In this document: positions 38,246 to 50,658 of the stretch, piece by piece
Layout of the letters: each line of letters starts with the position of its first letter
How positions within the stretch are numbered: the first letter of the stretch is position 1
Assembly (NCBI GenBank): GCA_965112735.1
Contig: OZ218962.1
Span: forward strand, 62,001 to 126,000
Length of the DNA stretch: 64,000 nt
Origin: Phaeosaccion multiseriatum
Lineage: Eukaryota; Protista; Ochrophyta, other classes
Direction: 5' to 3'
Notes under the pieces: generated by a model
Told to the model about the DNA's origin: nothing
The model's input: the letters and a program-made list of their open reading frames with translations, nothing else
Databases searched by the model: none
Position numbers and translations under genes: made by a program

Positions 38246-41041
38246 TCACTCTGCAGCGGGCTCGTCCTCGCCATTGGAGGGCACCTCCCCCGCACCACCT
38301 CCATTCGCATGCACCTCACGCCCAGCAACAGCAGCAGCAGCATCAGCAGCAGTTGGCGATACAGCATCAGCAGCAGTTGGCGATACAGCATCAGCAGCCG
38401 TTGGCGATGAAGCCGCAGCAGCAGTGTCTGTCGGAGCCGAAGCGTCGAGCGAGGCGTCATGCTCCTCCTCGTGCGAGAAGAAGAGGAGCAGCGTGCCCTC
38501 CCTGGGGAGAAGCATGCCCCCCTTGGGGCGGTCTGGGAGCACGTCCAGGTCGGCCAGCTCGAAGGTCGAGACAAAGGTGTCAGGCCCCCCTCCCCCTCCC
38601 CCGGTGGGCACTCCGTCCATGAAGCAGGTGTGGTGCCACAGCTCCACCCTCCCCCTCTTGCCGGAGACTACCCCTCCCCCTCCCCCTCCCCCTCGGGCAG
38701 CAAGCGTCACGCAGAATGTGCCCTGTTCGAGGCGTGTTCACACAGGAGAGGCAAAGACAAGGACCGGAGAGGCACACACGAGTGAGACACAACGACAAGA
38801 GAAAGCACGAAATGGGACAAGGGGAAGCCGAGCGTGTTTCAACACGCGGCGCTCGCAAGACGTATGTAGGGTAAAAGCTGTGCCTACAGTACACGACAAG
38901 GAAAGCCCCCCCTGCTTGTGTGTTGGGTATCGGGAGGCCCAATCGTCATCAGGTGCTGCAGGACCTGTTGGGCAAAGCTTTGGAAGGAGCGCCCTCCCAG
39001 GCACACGCGCACACACGCACCTGCACGGCTGCACCCCCCTCAAGACGCGCTGTGAAGGCCGCGCTGCCTCTCTCATCTCCTCTTGCCCCATGCCGACCTC
39101 CAACCTCCTCTTGCCCCTGATCCACGCGATGCTCCTGCTGCATCACCAACTGCTCCTGCTGCTGTTGCGGTGCAGAAGCCACGCTGCTCCTCTTGCTGCC
39201 GCGGCCGCCGCTGCTGCTGGTGTTGCCATGCGTGGCGTGCGTGTGTGCGTGCGTGTAGGAATCGACGCTCTGCCCTCGCAGGACCCGCTTGCGCTGCGTC
39301 TGCTGCCATACCGAAGTGGTCAGTTGCACCCCCACTCCCCCTTTGCTCCCCCTAAGGGGCCTAAGGGGCCGAAACACCGGCTTCGTCTTGCCTGGATCCG
39401 GGAGGGCGTGAGGAGGCGGCCCTGTCCCACGTAATGGATCCGGCCTCGGCCTCAGCTCCAGAGCAGTCACACGCAGTCTCGGGGCCGGCGGGCAGGTGCC
39501 GACAGCGCAGGCATACGGGCTACCCACAGCGTCGCCTTGCATGGAGCAGGGCCTGTCTAAGGACTGTGCCGCGTCCACCATGCCCCCCGTCTCTCCTTCT
39601 TCTCCTCCTGCCCTTGACCCATGCAAGGCCGCAGCTGTTGCCTCGCCTGTTCTCTCTTCTCCTTCTTCGGCCCCACCACAGGCATACGGGCCGGCTGGCG
39701 TCTCGGGCTCGCCCCCCTGGGGACTCAATGCCCGCTCTTCCCAGCACTGGCAACAGGGGTAGTCACATGGGCAGGGGAGGGCAGCGAAGGAGGGACGGAG
39801 AGGGGCGGAGAGGGGGCACAGGGCCAGGGTCAGAGCGATAGAGAGCGAAGTGCGGGAAGGTCATAGACTTGGCGGTACTGTACAGTGGGCCAGCGGTACA
39901 TGACATGCAATACCACAGCTCCAGACACTGAGGTCCTGACATACACGCGCCTCAGCCCACCTGTTGGACGAGCCTCTCGTACAAGTACACGAACTTCCTC
40001 TGGGCCTTGACAGTGAGGCCGCGCTGGTCGGTGACTCTGACGCTGTCGTAGTGCCTCAGCACTTCGTCGGCAGTGGGGCGGAAGCGCATGCGCAGGAGGA
40101 GGCAGCACGCCAAGATGCCCGCCCTGCCCTTGCCGGCCTTGCAGTGAAGCACCACCACACGGGAGGGGTGGGCGGTGAGCCACGCCAAGGCTGACTCGCA
40201 GAAGGACACAACGAGGGAGAGGGGGGGGCACGAGTGGTCGCGGAAGGGGTAGCTGCGGAGAGGAGAGAGGGGGAGAGGAGCGAGAAGGGTACACAAGTGG
40301 GGCAAGGCCGATCAAAGTGCAGTGTATACTGATCTTGGCGTTACATATGATGGAGGGTGGTGCTGCCTGCCACTGCTGCTGCAGACGGGCGGGAGGGGAC
40401 GCACCGCTCCACTCTCCCGTGAAAGACCTCCGGGGGGTAACCCCTGCCCGGCTCGTTGGTGAAGTTGTAGACCTTGTACGCGTCTGGGTGGAACTTGTCG
40501 AGGAGGCGCCGCAGCTCGGCCCGGGGGTTGCGCCAAGAGTGCTCTGCCCAGTGCGGGCAGGAGAAAAGGAGGGAAAAGAGTCAGAGACTCGGGACAGAGG
40601 TGCAGGTAGATTGGTGGTGTGTACTGTCCTCACCTAGCCCGGTGGCAGGATAGCCGCAAACCACGACGCGCTTCGTTAGGTAGGTAAGGTCCAGGTCAAA
40701 GCCCTCCTGAAGTGATGATGGATAGAAGAAGAAAAAAAATTGTGCGTTGGTGTCCGAATGTCCCTCCTTTACCCCATTCCCTTAGCTTCACCCACCACCG
40801 AGCGTCCTCTGCCTCTGTGCGTGAGTAAGCAGGTAGCCATGGGTATCTACTGCGGAAAAGAAGACGAAGGTGTGGGAGCTACACGCACCTGCTGGAATCT
40901 CCTCTTCTTTCCGCTGACGGCGTGCCGCAACGGGTAGCACAGCGTGTTGCAACGCAACAGCGAGCTGAGGCCGTTCCGGGGATACTGCTTCCACCACCGG
41001 CTCCGTAGAGGGCCCTCTCCGCTGTGGGGGGGGTTGAGCAT
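38246..41041 (-). CDS. PTEN/tensin-type phosphoinositide phosphatase with a degenerate C2-like C-terminus
   Basis: Exons read LRHAVSGKKRRFQQ|EGFDLDLTYLTKRVVVCGYPATGL|EHSWRNP...YKVYNF | RYPFRDHSCPPL...VVLHCKAGKGRAG...RGLTVKAQRKFV. C-terminal ELWHHTCFM...ELADLD. Middle exons are less certain. Confidence 0.88.
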
Positions 41042-41296
41042 TGCTCTGGGCGGTTCGTCACATCACATCCTCTTGCGTGTCTGCTCCGTCACAGAGGAGA
41101 GCTTTCCCCTTGAGTTCGCCAATCCGAGCCCACGCTCGTCCAGCATCATGGAGAAGGAGCCTCACAAAGACACGGCAAGGGCAGGAGGAAGGCGAAGGCA
41201 TTGGTGAAAGGTGGACCGCGCGCGTGTTGGTCATCCAGTGTGCGCCGTCGGAGAACCTCAGGACCCCAGCCAATCATAATACAACAAAAAAACAGA

Positions 41297-44200
41297 ATGA
41301 GGCTACTCGGAGGCTGCGGAGTGTGCGGTGCCGTCACAGCTGTAGCTTTAAGTGTGTTCTTCGCTGTGACTGAGTCTCCCTTCCATCCTCAGCCATGGCA
41401 GGAGGTGAGCGAAATAAAGAAATGTTCCTTCAAAATGAAATCGCCCCTCCCCAATCCCCTTCCCTCCCACGCTCACTTCCCCCCTTCCCACTCCGACACC
41501 CTCTCACTAGATCGCTGCTGAACTAAACTACGTGGCCTGTACCCCGCGCTCTCCAGGTCGGGGAGCTTCAGGCTATGGAGGGCCCCCTGTTCCCCAACCA
41601 CCTCCTCAGCAGCGCCACGCACCTCTACGAGGCCGAAGACGACGCCGACTCGGAGCAGCAAGCCCCTGAGCAGGTCCAGTCTGTGGTGGCTCCGGAGAGC
41701 TTTGCCTTCGGGCCGGATGGCACCACCTACTCGGGGCTGGCGGACGGGAGGGTCGTCGCCATGGACGAGCGAGGGGAGAACGCGCGAACAGGTGAGCCTT
41801 ACACAATTACCCCGCCCCCAGCCCTATACAATCCCCCCACCCCTCCTCTTTGGTTCAAGCAGTATCACCCCCTCCTCTGCACTGTATGATATGACAAGTG
41901 TTCCACAGCGGCGCCTTTGTGAGCAGCGCGGGGCGGCAGGCGGGCAGCAAAGACGGGCTAGACTTCGGCAGCCCACTCCCCGAGCGCTGCTCCGAGAAGG
42001 CCCAAAACGGCACTCTGAGCCGCAGCCAAGAGGCGGAGAGCGAATGCGGGCGGGTGCTGGGCATGCGCTGGAGGCAGGACGAAGACAAGCTGTACTTTGT
42101 CGACGCCTACAACGGTGAGGACGCTTTGGCCGCTACTGCTCGTTCTCTCTGTACCCGCCTCTCGTCCTGACACCTGTTGCCGTGCACCCCTTTCTCGCAT
42201 GGTAGGCCTATTTACGCTCTCCTTCGGTACGGGGGGCACGGCCACCGCGGAGCAGCTCGTGAACAGCCGAGTGCAAAAGCCCTCCCCCCCGGCCTGGCTT
42301 GGGGAGGGAGGAGCCGCGCATGAGGACGTATCCAGGGAGATGAGGTTCCTCAACGATCTCGACTTCGGGCCTGACGGTGAGGGCGGCGAGAGAGGGAGGG
42401 GGCATGGGCCCATTGGCTGCTGCATTGGTTCTGTCCGCTCTGTCGCTCAGGTTGAGGGGTTGTGCCCGTCTTTTTCTCCTCTTGATCCGTCCTCCCTTCG
42501 TCCGCCTCCCTCACAACCTCCTCCCCCTTCCCTCTTCCCCCCTGTGCCGTGGTTACATGGGCGGCAGGTGTGGTGTACATGACTGACTCGAGCTGGAAGT
42601 GCCCTCGGCAGCAGAACCGCGTGGAGATTATTGACGCAGCCGCGAGGGGCCGCCTGCTCCGCTTCGACCCCCGCGCCGCTGGCACTGAAACTGGCACTGG
42701 GGGGAGCCTCACCACACTGATGTATGGCCTGCACTTCGCCAATGGCGTGGAAGTCGGTGCGTGTGTGCGTGTGTGCGTGCGGGAGCTGCCAGTAGTTGCT
42801 GCGAGGGGGAGATACGAAGCTCTCTGCCGTTCCTTACCGTTTCTGCGGCGGTGTGTGCCAAGCCGAAGAGCCTGCACCAAACCCTTTGTCTCCTCCTCCT
42901 CCTCCTCCTCCTCCTCCTCCTCCTCCTCTGTGAACTGCTCTACTGCCCTTCTCCTCCATTGACCGGTGTTTCCTATTGCTGTTCCGCATCCTCCTCCCCT
43001 TCCATCTGTCGCTTCCTCCGTCCAACCCCACCTCCCACCCTCCAGACCAAACGAGGGAGGGCCTGCTGCTTGTGGAGTCCATGCGTTTCAGAATCCTTCG
43101 AGTGTCCCTCGAGGCCGCAGAAACCGGCCAGGGCCTCGAGATGGACGTCACCAAGGCTCTGCCCCAGGCGGGGAGACCCGAGGAGGGGAGACCCGAGGGT
43201 GGGCAACCCGAGGGGCCAGGCCCTGACTCTGTGCCGAGCGCAGTGTCGGTGTGGGCAAGCGACATCCCGGGCTTCGGAGACAACCTCCGCTTCGACGCCA
43301 AGGTAAGGTGTGGTGTGGTGTAGGGTAGGGTGGGGTAATGTGTAGGGTAGGGAAGCGTAGGGTAGGGTGGGGTAATGTGTAGGGTAGGGAAGCGTAGGGT
43401 AGGGTGGGGTAATGTGTAGGGTAGGGAAGCGTAGGGTAGGGTGGGGTAATGTGTAGGGTAGGGAAGCATAGGGTAGGGTGGGGTAATGTGTAGGGTAGGG
43501 AAGCGTAGGGTAGGGTGGGGTAATGTGTAGGGTAGGGAAGCGTAGGGTAGGGTGGGGTAATGTGTAGGGTAGGGAAGCATAGGGTAGGGTGGGGTAATGT
43601 GTAGGGTAGGGAAGCGTAGGGTAGGGTGGGGTAATGTGTAGGGTAGGGAAGCGTAGGGTAGGGTGGGGTAGAGGAGAAGAGGGGAGGGTGTAGGGTAGGG
43701 TGGGGTAGAGGGTGGCGTCGGGGATGGAAATCGACAGTTTCAGGGAAGGGAATGGTGCTGCTCGTCTGCCTGTCTGCGCTCCGGGCCCTTCCTGATGTTG
43801 CCTGTCGTGCTGCCGATCTGTACTCCCCACCCCCCCACACACCCCTTATGCCTCTACTCCGTGCAGACCAAGGGCTACCTGCTGGGCTGCGGCACCCTCG
43901 TGGCCCGCCCCTTCTCCCTGCTGAACTTGATGTTTAAGCTGCCCTTGGGTTTCCGAGTGGGCCTGGGCAAGGTGGTGCCGCTGCACGTCATCGAGAAGCT
44001 GGTGCCACGATACGGGTGAGTAAATGCGTCTCTGAGAATCGGAAGCTTGAGCACGATGGTAGCAGATGGTGGTTGAAGCCTCACTGTCCCCTGTCCCCTC
44101 CTCTCCCCTCTCTCTCCTCCGCCCCAACCCACCGCCACCCACTGTCATCCACTGCCATCCACTGCCATCCATCCCTTTCAGCCTGGTGATCGCCTTCGAC

Positions 44201-44344
44201 CTCAATGGGGGAATCAAGGCGAGCTACCAGGACCCCGGGGGGCACACGCCCTTCATCAGCAGCGCCGAGAGACATCCCTCCAGTAACGCACTCTTCCTGG
44301 GAAGCAGCCAGAACCCTTTCCTGGGCCGGGCCATGCTGCCATGA
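41297..44344 (+). CDS. Strictosidine synthase-like / adipocyte plasma membrane-associated protein (APMAP-like)
   Basis: N-terminal hydrophobic anchor, then APESFAFGPDGTTYSGLADGRV, CGRVLGMR, LYFVDAYNG, FLNDLDFGPDG, VYMTDSSWK, GRLLRFDP, GLHFANGV, IPGFGDNLR, VPRYG and SYQDPGG. Confidence 0.9.
43320..43670. repeat. 37-bp G-rich intronic minisatellite (TAGGGTAGGGTGGGGTAATGTGTAGGGTAGGGAAGCG)n, ~9 copies
   Basis: Directly visible; begins just after the donor site at ~43303 in the APMAP-like gene. Confidence 0.95.
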
Positions 44345-45062
44345 GGGAGCGGAGTCCCTTGCTGGCCAGGGACATGCTGAGGGCCACGCTGCCGTGAAGT
44401 GAGGGACTGGGGCCTTCCTTCTTCGAGCCTGGCCAGGTAGGAGTGCTCGAATGGGCGGCCGCTGGGTTGCAGCTGGGGTGGGGTGAAGGGGGATGGAGAC
44501 AGACACAGAGACAGACACAGAGACAGAGGACAGGGATGAGGACAGAGATCGAGACAGAGACAGAGACAGACACAGACACAGACAGAGAGAGAGATGAAGA
44601 CGGAGACAGAGACCGAGACAGATGGATGCAAGAGGGGGAAGCGAGAGGGGGTTGCGTGTGTGCGGGCGACTGCCTGCACTGCGAAGGGGGCCGTATGGAG
44701 AGAGGAGAGGATTGCCATGACGAGACAAACTGCCGTGGAGGGAAGAGAGGAGAGGATTATTGCCATACTCTCCTCAGCTCCTGAGCTTCCTTGTTTCCGA
44801 AGAGGACTGAGGATGTACTTGTACTTGTACTTGTACTTGTACTTGGCCTGAGGAGGCTTGCGTATGTCCGTCCGTCCGTCCAGTCCATGGGCGCCCAGGC
44901 GGAGCGAGCCTCACAAGGGAGGGAGCCTCACCCTCATCGGCATCGTCGTGCAAATACTTCTTGATTTCAAAGTAATTTCAAAGAAAAAAATCGCACTTTT
45001 TGTTATCAACAGCGTGTCTAATACACTGCGGCAGACACAGAGAGAGAGTAGCAGATACGTGC

Positions 45063-48000
45063 CTAGCTACAGATGACTCTGAGCGTGGCCCTGTCCTTAA
45101 CGCCTGCCCACAGCAGGATGCACTGGTCCGGGATTGGGCGTCCCTCGAACAGCAGCAGCTCAGCCGCCGCTCCCCTGCCCCTGCCCCTGAGACAGCCCCT
45201 CTCGCGCAGCAGCCCCCGCACCTGTAGCGAAGGGCGGACAGGGGTGGAGGGACTGAGTGGCAAAAGAAGGAGAAGGACACCTGACCCCTCACCCCCTGAC
45301 ACACCTCCTTTGCCGTCTTGACGGGGGTGGTGCACACGGAGGTGAGTCTCCCGTCGGGCAGCACCACCGACACCGAGATGGCAGCTGACGACGCCCGGGC
45401 CATGCGGTCCACGTACCGCCTGGGCAGGCATTGGAAGGCAGCAGATGGCAGACAGGCGACAGGCAAAGGGCCCGTGCAGACAAGAGGGGAGAGGGCAACA
45501 GGGGTCAGAGACAGAGAGCTCGAGGCACCAGGACCCAACAAGAGATGGCAATAGACGGCCACGGACAAAACAAAGGGCAAGGCAGAGAGGATGACAGGGG
45601 GGTCCAGGGCGGGAAGCTCTCGGACATGAAGCAAGACTGCACTCACTGACTCGCCCGCTCACTCACTCCATCTTACTCACTCACTCACTCACTCACTCAC
45701 TCACTCACTCACTCACCCACCCACTCACCCACGCACGCACCCCCATTCTCGTGGGCCTGCTTACCCTCCTCCCTGCCTCCCTCCCGCCTCACTCAACTCA
45801 CATATGCATTCTCCTGACCCATCTGGAGAAGAACTTATTGAGCAGCCACAGCGACTGCACGCGATGGCCCAGCGCAGCCTGACACCGGCACAGCCACAGC
45901 CATCGGCAGGCAAGGGGGGACCGGAAGGGCAAGGAGAGTGACGAGAGCAAACAGGGGGAGCGGCGAGGACAAGGAGGGCAAACAGGGGGAGCGGCGAGGA
46001 CAAGGAGGGCAAACAGGGGGAGCGGCGAGGACAAGGAGGGCAGGGAGGGCACGGAGGGCACGAAGGGCGAGGAGGAGAGAGGAAGGAGGAAGGACCAGAG
46101 GAATAAGTGCACGGGCATGCGCATGGGGTGGGGTTGCACTCCCTCCTTTCGCCCCTGCTGCTCCCGTGCACGCCGCAGGTCAGTACCGCCAGCTAAGCGA
46201 CCGACTTCCCCCTCCCCTTCCCCCCCCCCCCTCTAACCTTCTTCGATGGGTCCCTGGCCCTGTCCCACAGCAGCAGGAACTCCATGAGAAGGCCGCGAAG
46301 CTTGCTCGCCACCCGCTGGCAGGGGTGTCTGACTGTCTGTCCTCGCTCCTGTCGGGTGTGGGGAGGGGGGGAGGGAAGAGGGGAGAGACTCGACAAAGTC
46401 AACGAAAAGATCGCACTTTCTTGTGGCAGGAGCCGCCAAGGGGGTGAGGCGGCTGTACCGGGTGTCAGGAGGGCCTCTTTGCTGTGCTTGACGTGCTTGA
46501 CTCACCAGCGTTACTCCTGGAGCGATGATGCGAGTGCCCTCTTCGCCCCACCGAGGAAAGTTCTCTGTCGCACAAAGGGGCAAGAGGAGACGGCAAGAGT
46601 CAGCAAAGAGAGGAGCAAAGGGGCTTTGAAAGGAAGGAGGGAGGGAAGGAAGGAAGGAAGGAAGGCGTTCTGCACTGAAGAGGAACATCTGGCTCCTTCC
46701 TGTTCGCAGTCTGCCTCCCCTCCAGCATCCCTCTCCCACACCCAAGACGCATCAGCACGTACCGAGTGGAGCTGCGAGATCTAAGGAAGCGACAGTGCCC
46801 CCCGTTTCGGACTCTTCCTCTGCCCGTGAAAAGTCGCCCTCCGCCGGGCCGCGCTGATCGCCGCCAGCCTGTGAGCCCCCCCCGGCAGGAGCACCCTCCC
46901 CCCCTCCGCGGTAGGAGGCGGCCAGGAAGCACATGTCGAGCCTGCCGAGCTCCGTCATCTTCACGTCGCTCTCCAGGATGGCAAGCCCAGCGGTGCCCGG
47001 CCTGCTTCCTCCCCTGCTGCCCCCCCTGGACCCCCCCCCCTCCCCTCCCCTGCTGCCCGGCATGCCCGCGATGGCGCCGCTGAGGCGTACCCCCTCCGCG
47101 TTGGCCCGTGCCTCTGCCTCTGACGCGGCCTCTGACGCGGCCTCTGACGTCATCGCTCCCCCCGCTGCATGGCCTCTCGATGGCGCCTCCCCAGTGAGTG
47201 TGCCCCCAGCAGCAGGCGGCTCGGCAGTGAAGAACGGGCGCTTCTCCTCCTCATGCTGCTGCTCCTCCTCCTTGCTACTCCCCCCTCGGTTGGCGTCCGT
47301 GACTCGAGGGCTCCAGTCATCCGAGTCCCCCTGACCCTCGCTGCTCTTGCCTTTCCTCTGCCCCGGCCGGGCCCCTTGTCCATCTCCTGTCTTCCTGTCC
47401 CTCCTAGGCCATGCACGCAGCAGTCGCCTTGTGCCGCGGCTCGAAGGGCGGAGGGTGGCCCTCCCTGCGTCCGAGCCGAGCCCCACCGCGTCCGAGCCGA
47501 GCCCCGCCCCTCTGCCTATATGACTGCTGCTGCGGAAAGAGCTTGAGGGCACGAGTAGCGTGTGGGCAAGCCCACCTCTTCCTGCTCCTCTCCCTCCCTT
47601 TCCGACTACTTTCCTCCCGCAGGAGCTGCATGCCTCTCCGCCGGCCCTCCCCGGCATCGTAGTAGAGACTGTGCCTGTGACAAAGAGTGGCAGCCCCCGG
47701 CCAATCGCAGTGAGACACGCGCACGCGCACAGACCGTGGAAGCTAAGACACATCCCTCCTGTCGGGCGGGCCCGTACTTACCCCATTTCGCCCTCCTTGT
47801 CCTCGCCAAAGTTGAGGAGACCCCGGTAGTGCCGCACTCCGCGCAGACGGCAGCCTCCCCCCCGAGGCCCCGGTAGATGCTCTTGTCGTACATGCTGCTG
47901 TAGGGCCTGCTCTCGTCCGTGCTCCTCCTGCTGTGCAGTGCGGCCGTCCGCGCCAGTTGCAGACCAAGGGCTCGCTGCTCGTCCCTGGCCTCTTGCCTGA

Positions 48001-48338
48001 GGCTCTCTGCGTCCGCCATGGGCCTTACGAGGTGGACTGCCACGAAGATCATGTGCACACAGGGGTTCCCCCCGCCACAGTCGCAGTGATTGTCCTTGAG
48101 GGGGAGAGAGATACGATGATAAGAAGAGAAGGCCGGCAGATAGTGGAGAGGCACGGCAGCGATGATTTACCTCCATTTTGGGGCCTACCACCACCTTGAA
48201 CCTCTTTCCCGAGGCATGCCGTCTGACCGTGAAGGCGTTCGGCCCCCGAACACCAACAAGCTCGTTGCACGTCTGCGACGCGGAGAGTATCCGATCGCGA
48301 GGAGGAGGCGGGTGCCAAATTGACAACCACTCCTCCAT
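45063..48338 (-). CDS. SWIM zinc-finger protein (MEKK1/ZSWIM2-type SWIM) with C-terminal ubiquitin-like domain
   Basis: GPNAFTVRRHASGKRFKVVVGPKME|DNHCDCGGGNPCVHMIFVAVHLV has the CxC..CxH SWIM pattern with the MEKK1-like GPN.F...V..GP lead-in. C-terminal ISVSVVLPDGRLTSV...LLFEGRPIPDQCILLWAGVKDRATLRV resembles a ubiquitin fold. Internal exon structure is uncertain. Confidence 0.65.
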
Positions 48339-48989
48339 GGCTGTCTACAGAGCTACCGTCCGAGGAGGGATGTTCAGTCCTCCAGTCTACGGGCCAAAGC
48401 TTGAAAAGCTGTTCTCCGTCTCCAAAGACCCCCCCCCCCTTTTTTTCCCATAGCTACGCACTCTCATCTCACCGATCGCCATGCCCTCACATGCTCACTC
48501 CTTGCTTAGGCCGGAGACTGAGGAGGACAGAGCCCATGCCTTGTGTTGAAATAGGGCAGTCTTCTCTGAGCTTTTTCCTTACCTCTTCACCCTCTTCTGC
48601 TCCTCCGGCCGGGAGTGCTTCGCGAGGTGGTCCTCCAAATAATTATTTCGTAACGGCATGCCGTCGGAGACAAATTCTTCTTTCTTCCAAGAACTGGGAT
48701 ACTGGCGACAATTAAGGAAGGCCTGAAGGTGAGAGCATCCCTCTGGCGCTCTCAGCGTTAGGCTCAGGCAGCACTCTAGTCGAGTTGCAGAAGAAAGAAC
48801 TGGGCTTGCCCCGCAACCACTTTCCGTCTCCCTCCTCCGCCACGGCGCTTGCTGCCTCTACCCAGCCTATGCTGAAGAAGCTTGACGATGACGATACGGT
48901 GAGCAGATCACAGTCGGGTCACGCCCATGTGAGACCTTGTTGCTCTACCTCAAGCACCCACCGCCCAAGAACAAGGCCCAACCAGCCAG

Positions 48990-49103
48990 GGCCTGGGCTC
49001 GACCAAAGCCGAAGAGCTCAAGCGCACTCTGCGCAAGGTCAGGAGGCATCCTGGCTACCACCCCGACAAGCAGACCCGCTTGAAGGCCATGCACAAGCTG
49101 TGA
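48990..49103 (+). pseudogene. Possible degenerate J-domain fragment
   Basis: Frame reads GLGSTKAEELKRTLRKVRRHPGYHPDKQTRLKAMHKL*, resembling J-domain helix II plus HPD. No complete gene model could be built. Confidence 0.25.
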
Positions 49104-49663
49104 ACCGTGGAGGGGGAGGAGGAACAGGCGGAGGGGAGGTGGGGCATCATCAAGAGGCGCAAAGCACGCCAAGGCGATCATCATGTTTCACCCCTGGCCG
49201 TCATGTGCGGAGTCATCGCGTAGCACCTCAACCGCTCTACTCTGTGACATCTATGACATACAAGCAACGAAGGCCGGCGGGGTAGGAGGCTCGGCTGAGT
49301 GTCGCCAAGTGCGCGTAGAGCGGCAGGTTGGTCGGGCTATCTGGCATTGCAAGAGGGCCAGAGGGAGATATGAGGAGTCGAGAAGGGCCATCGGAGGGAA
49401 GACAGGCGAGCCTGGCAAGTGATGCAAGTAAGTGGCAGCTCCAGCTCCCCTGTATCGACTTCAGACATTCAAGCATTGGGCCTTCAAGCGAAAGACGAAG
49501 TCAAAAGTCAATGTGGTGGACGGGGGGGAAAGTTACGTAGGTAGATATGTTGAGGTTGGCTCGGATAGTAGGAGGTCACTCCTGAACCCCTCAATTCCCC
49601 CCCCCCCCTTCCCGTAACCCAAACAAAAATGGAAACTTGGCCCCGCTGTCTGTCCGAAATAAC

Positions 49664-50658
49664 CAGTGTCGCGAAATCACAGAAACCGATGATGTGGAGG
49701 AAAAACAAAAAACAATGAATCATGGCATGCCATGATGTTATATTATCACAGCAATGCGGGCATGGCATGATGCATTATGTGATATCCAGCTGGCCCAACC
49801 ACCATGACGTGATGCATGATGTGATGTCATGATGCTGTAATTTTCTTCTGATTTTTTCTTCTCTTTTTTTATTAATTTTAAAATCATTTTTCATTATTCT
49901 CCATCAGCGATCAGCGAGGCTAGGAAGGCGGTTTCCTGCCAGCGTCTGCCTCCACTCCTTATCCCCTGCTCTGTACTCGGTCCTCATGTACTTCATAAAG
50001 TCTTTGTTCATGCGAAGCACACACACCATCTCCACCTCCGCCGGGTCTAGCAGTATGTTGCCGTCCGTGACAACATTATTAGCGCAGGATAGCACACGTT
50101 CGCAAAAGCTTGTATTAACCCAGGGGGCGCCTCCTTCTCCTCCTCCTTCTCCTCCTCCTCCTCCTCCTCCTCCTCCTCCTTCTCCTCCTCCTCCTCCTCC
50201 TCCTCCTCCTCCTCCTCCTCCTCCTCCTTCTCCTTCTCCTCCTCCTCCTCCTCCTCTCCCCCTCCTCCTCCTCCTCCTGCTGCGGTAGCAGCAGGATCAA
50301 CAGCACTGCGAGTGCGCGGAAGGACCTCATCTGCGGCGGCGGCGGCGGCATCGGCCATGAGCTGATGCATCACAAGAGATATCACACTAAAATCGGCCTC
50401 TTTTTTACTATTATTCCCAATACTGTATATATATTATGTATATATAAACATTATTCCCAAAAATCATCAGCAGCATCATGACATCGCATGATTCATGATG
50501 AAATCACGCGCTCTCCTTGGCGGCATGATGTTATATATCACGGCTCATGACATTATGCATGATGTGATGTGGAGCTGGTGCATTATCAACCAAATCATGG
50601 CCCGGATCCTGTGATTCATGATTTGCATCATGTTTTTTTCTGTGATTTCGCAACACTG
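49664..50658 (-). mobile_element. Non-autonomous hAT DNA transposon (internal-deletion derivative)
   Basis: TIRs CAGTGTCGCGAAATCACAGAAA (49664-49685) and the reverse complement of 50637-50658 match at 21/22. Flanking 8-mers GAAATAAC / CAAATAAC match at 7/8 (TSD). Many CATGATG subterminal repeats. Internal frame NTSFCERVLSCANNVVTDGNILLDPAEVEMVCVLRMN resembles the hAT C-terminal dimerisation region. Confidence 0.9.

Noticed and set aside
43320-43670. Interstitial telomere
   Set aside because: The units are 37-bp composites with TAGGG, not TTAGGG/TTTAGGG arrays.
42834-43842. PTLPY-repeat ORFs on the minus strand
   Set aside because: Translation of the 37-bp intronic minisatellite of the APMAP-like gene.
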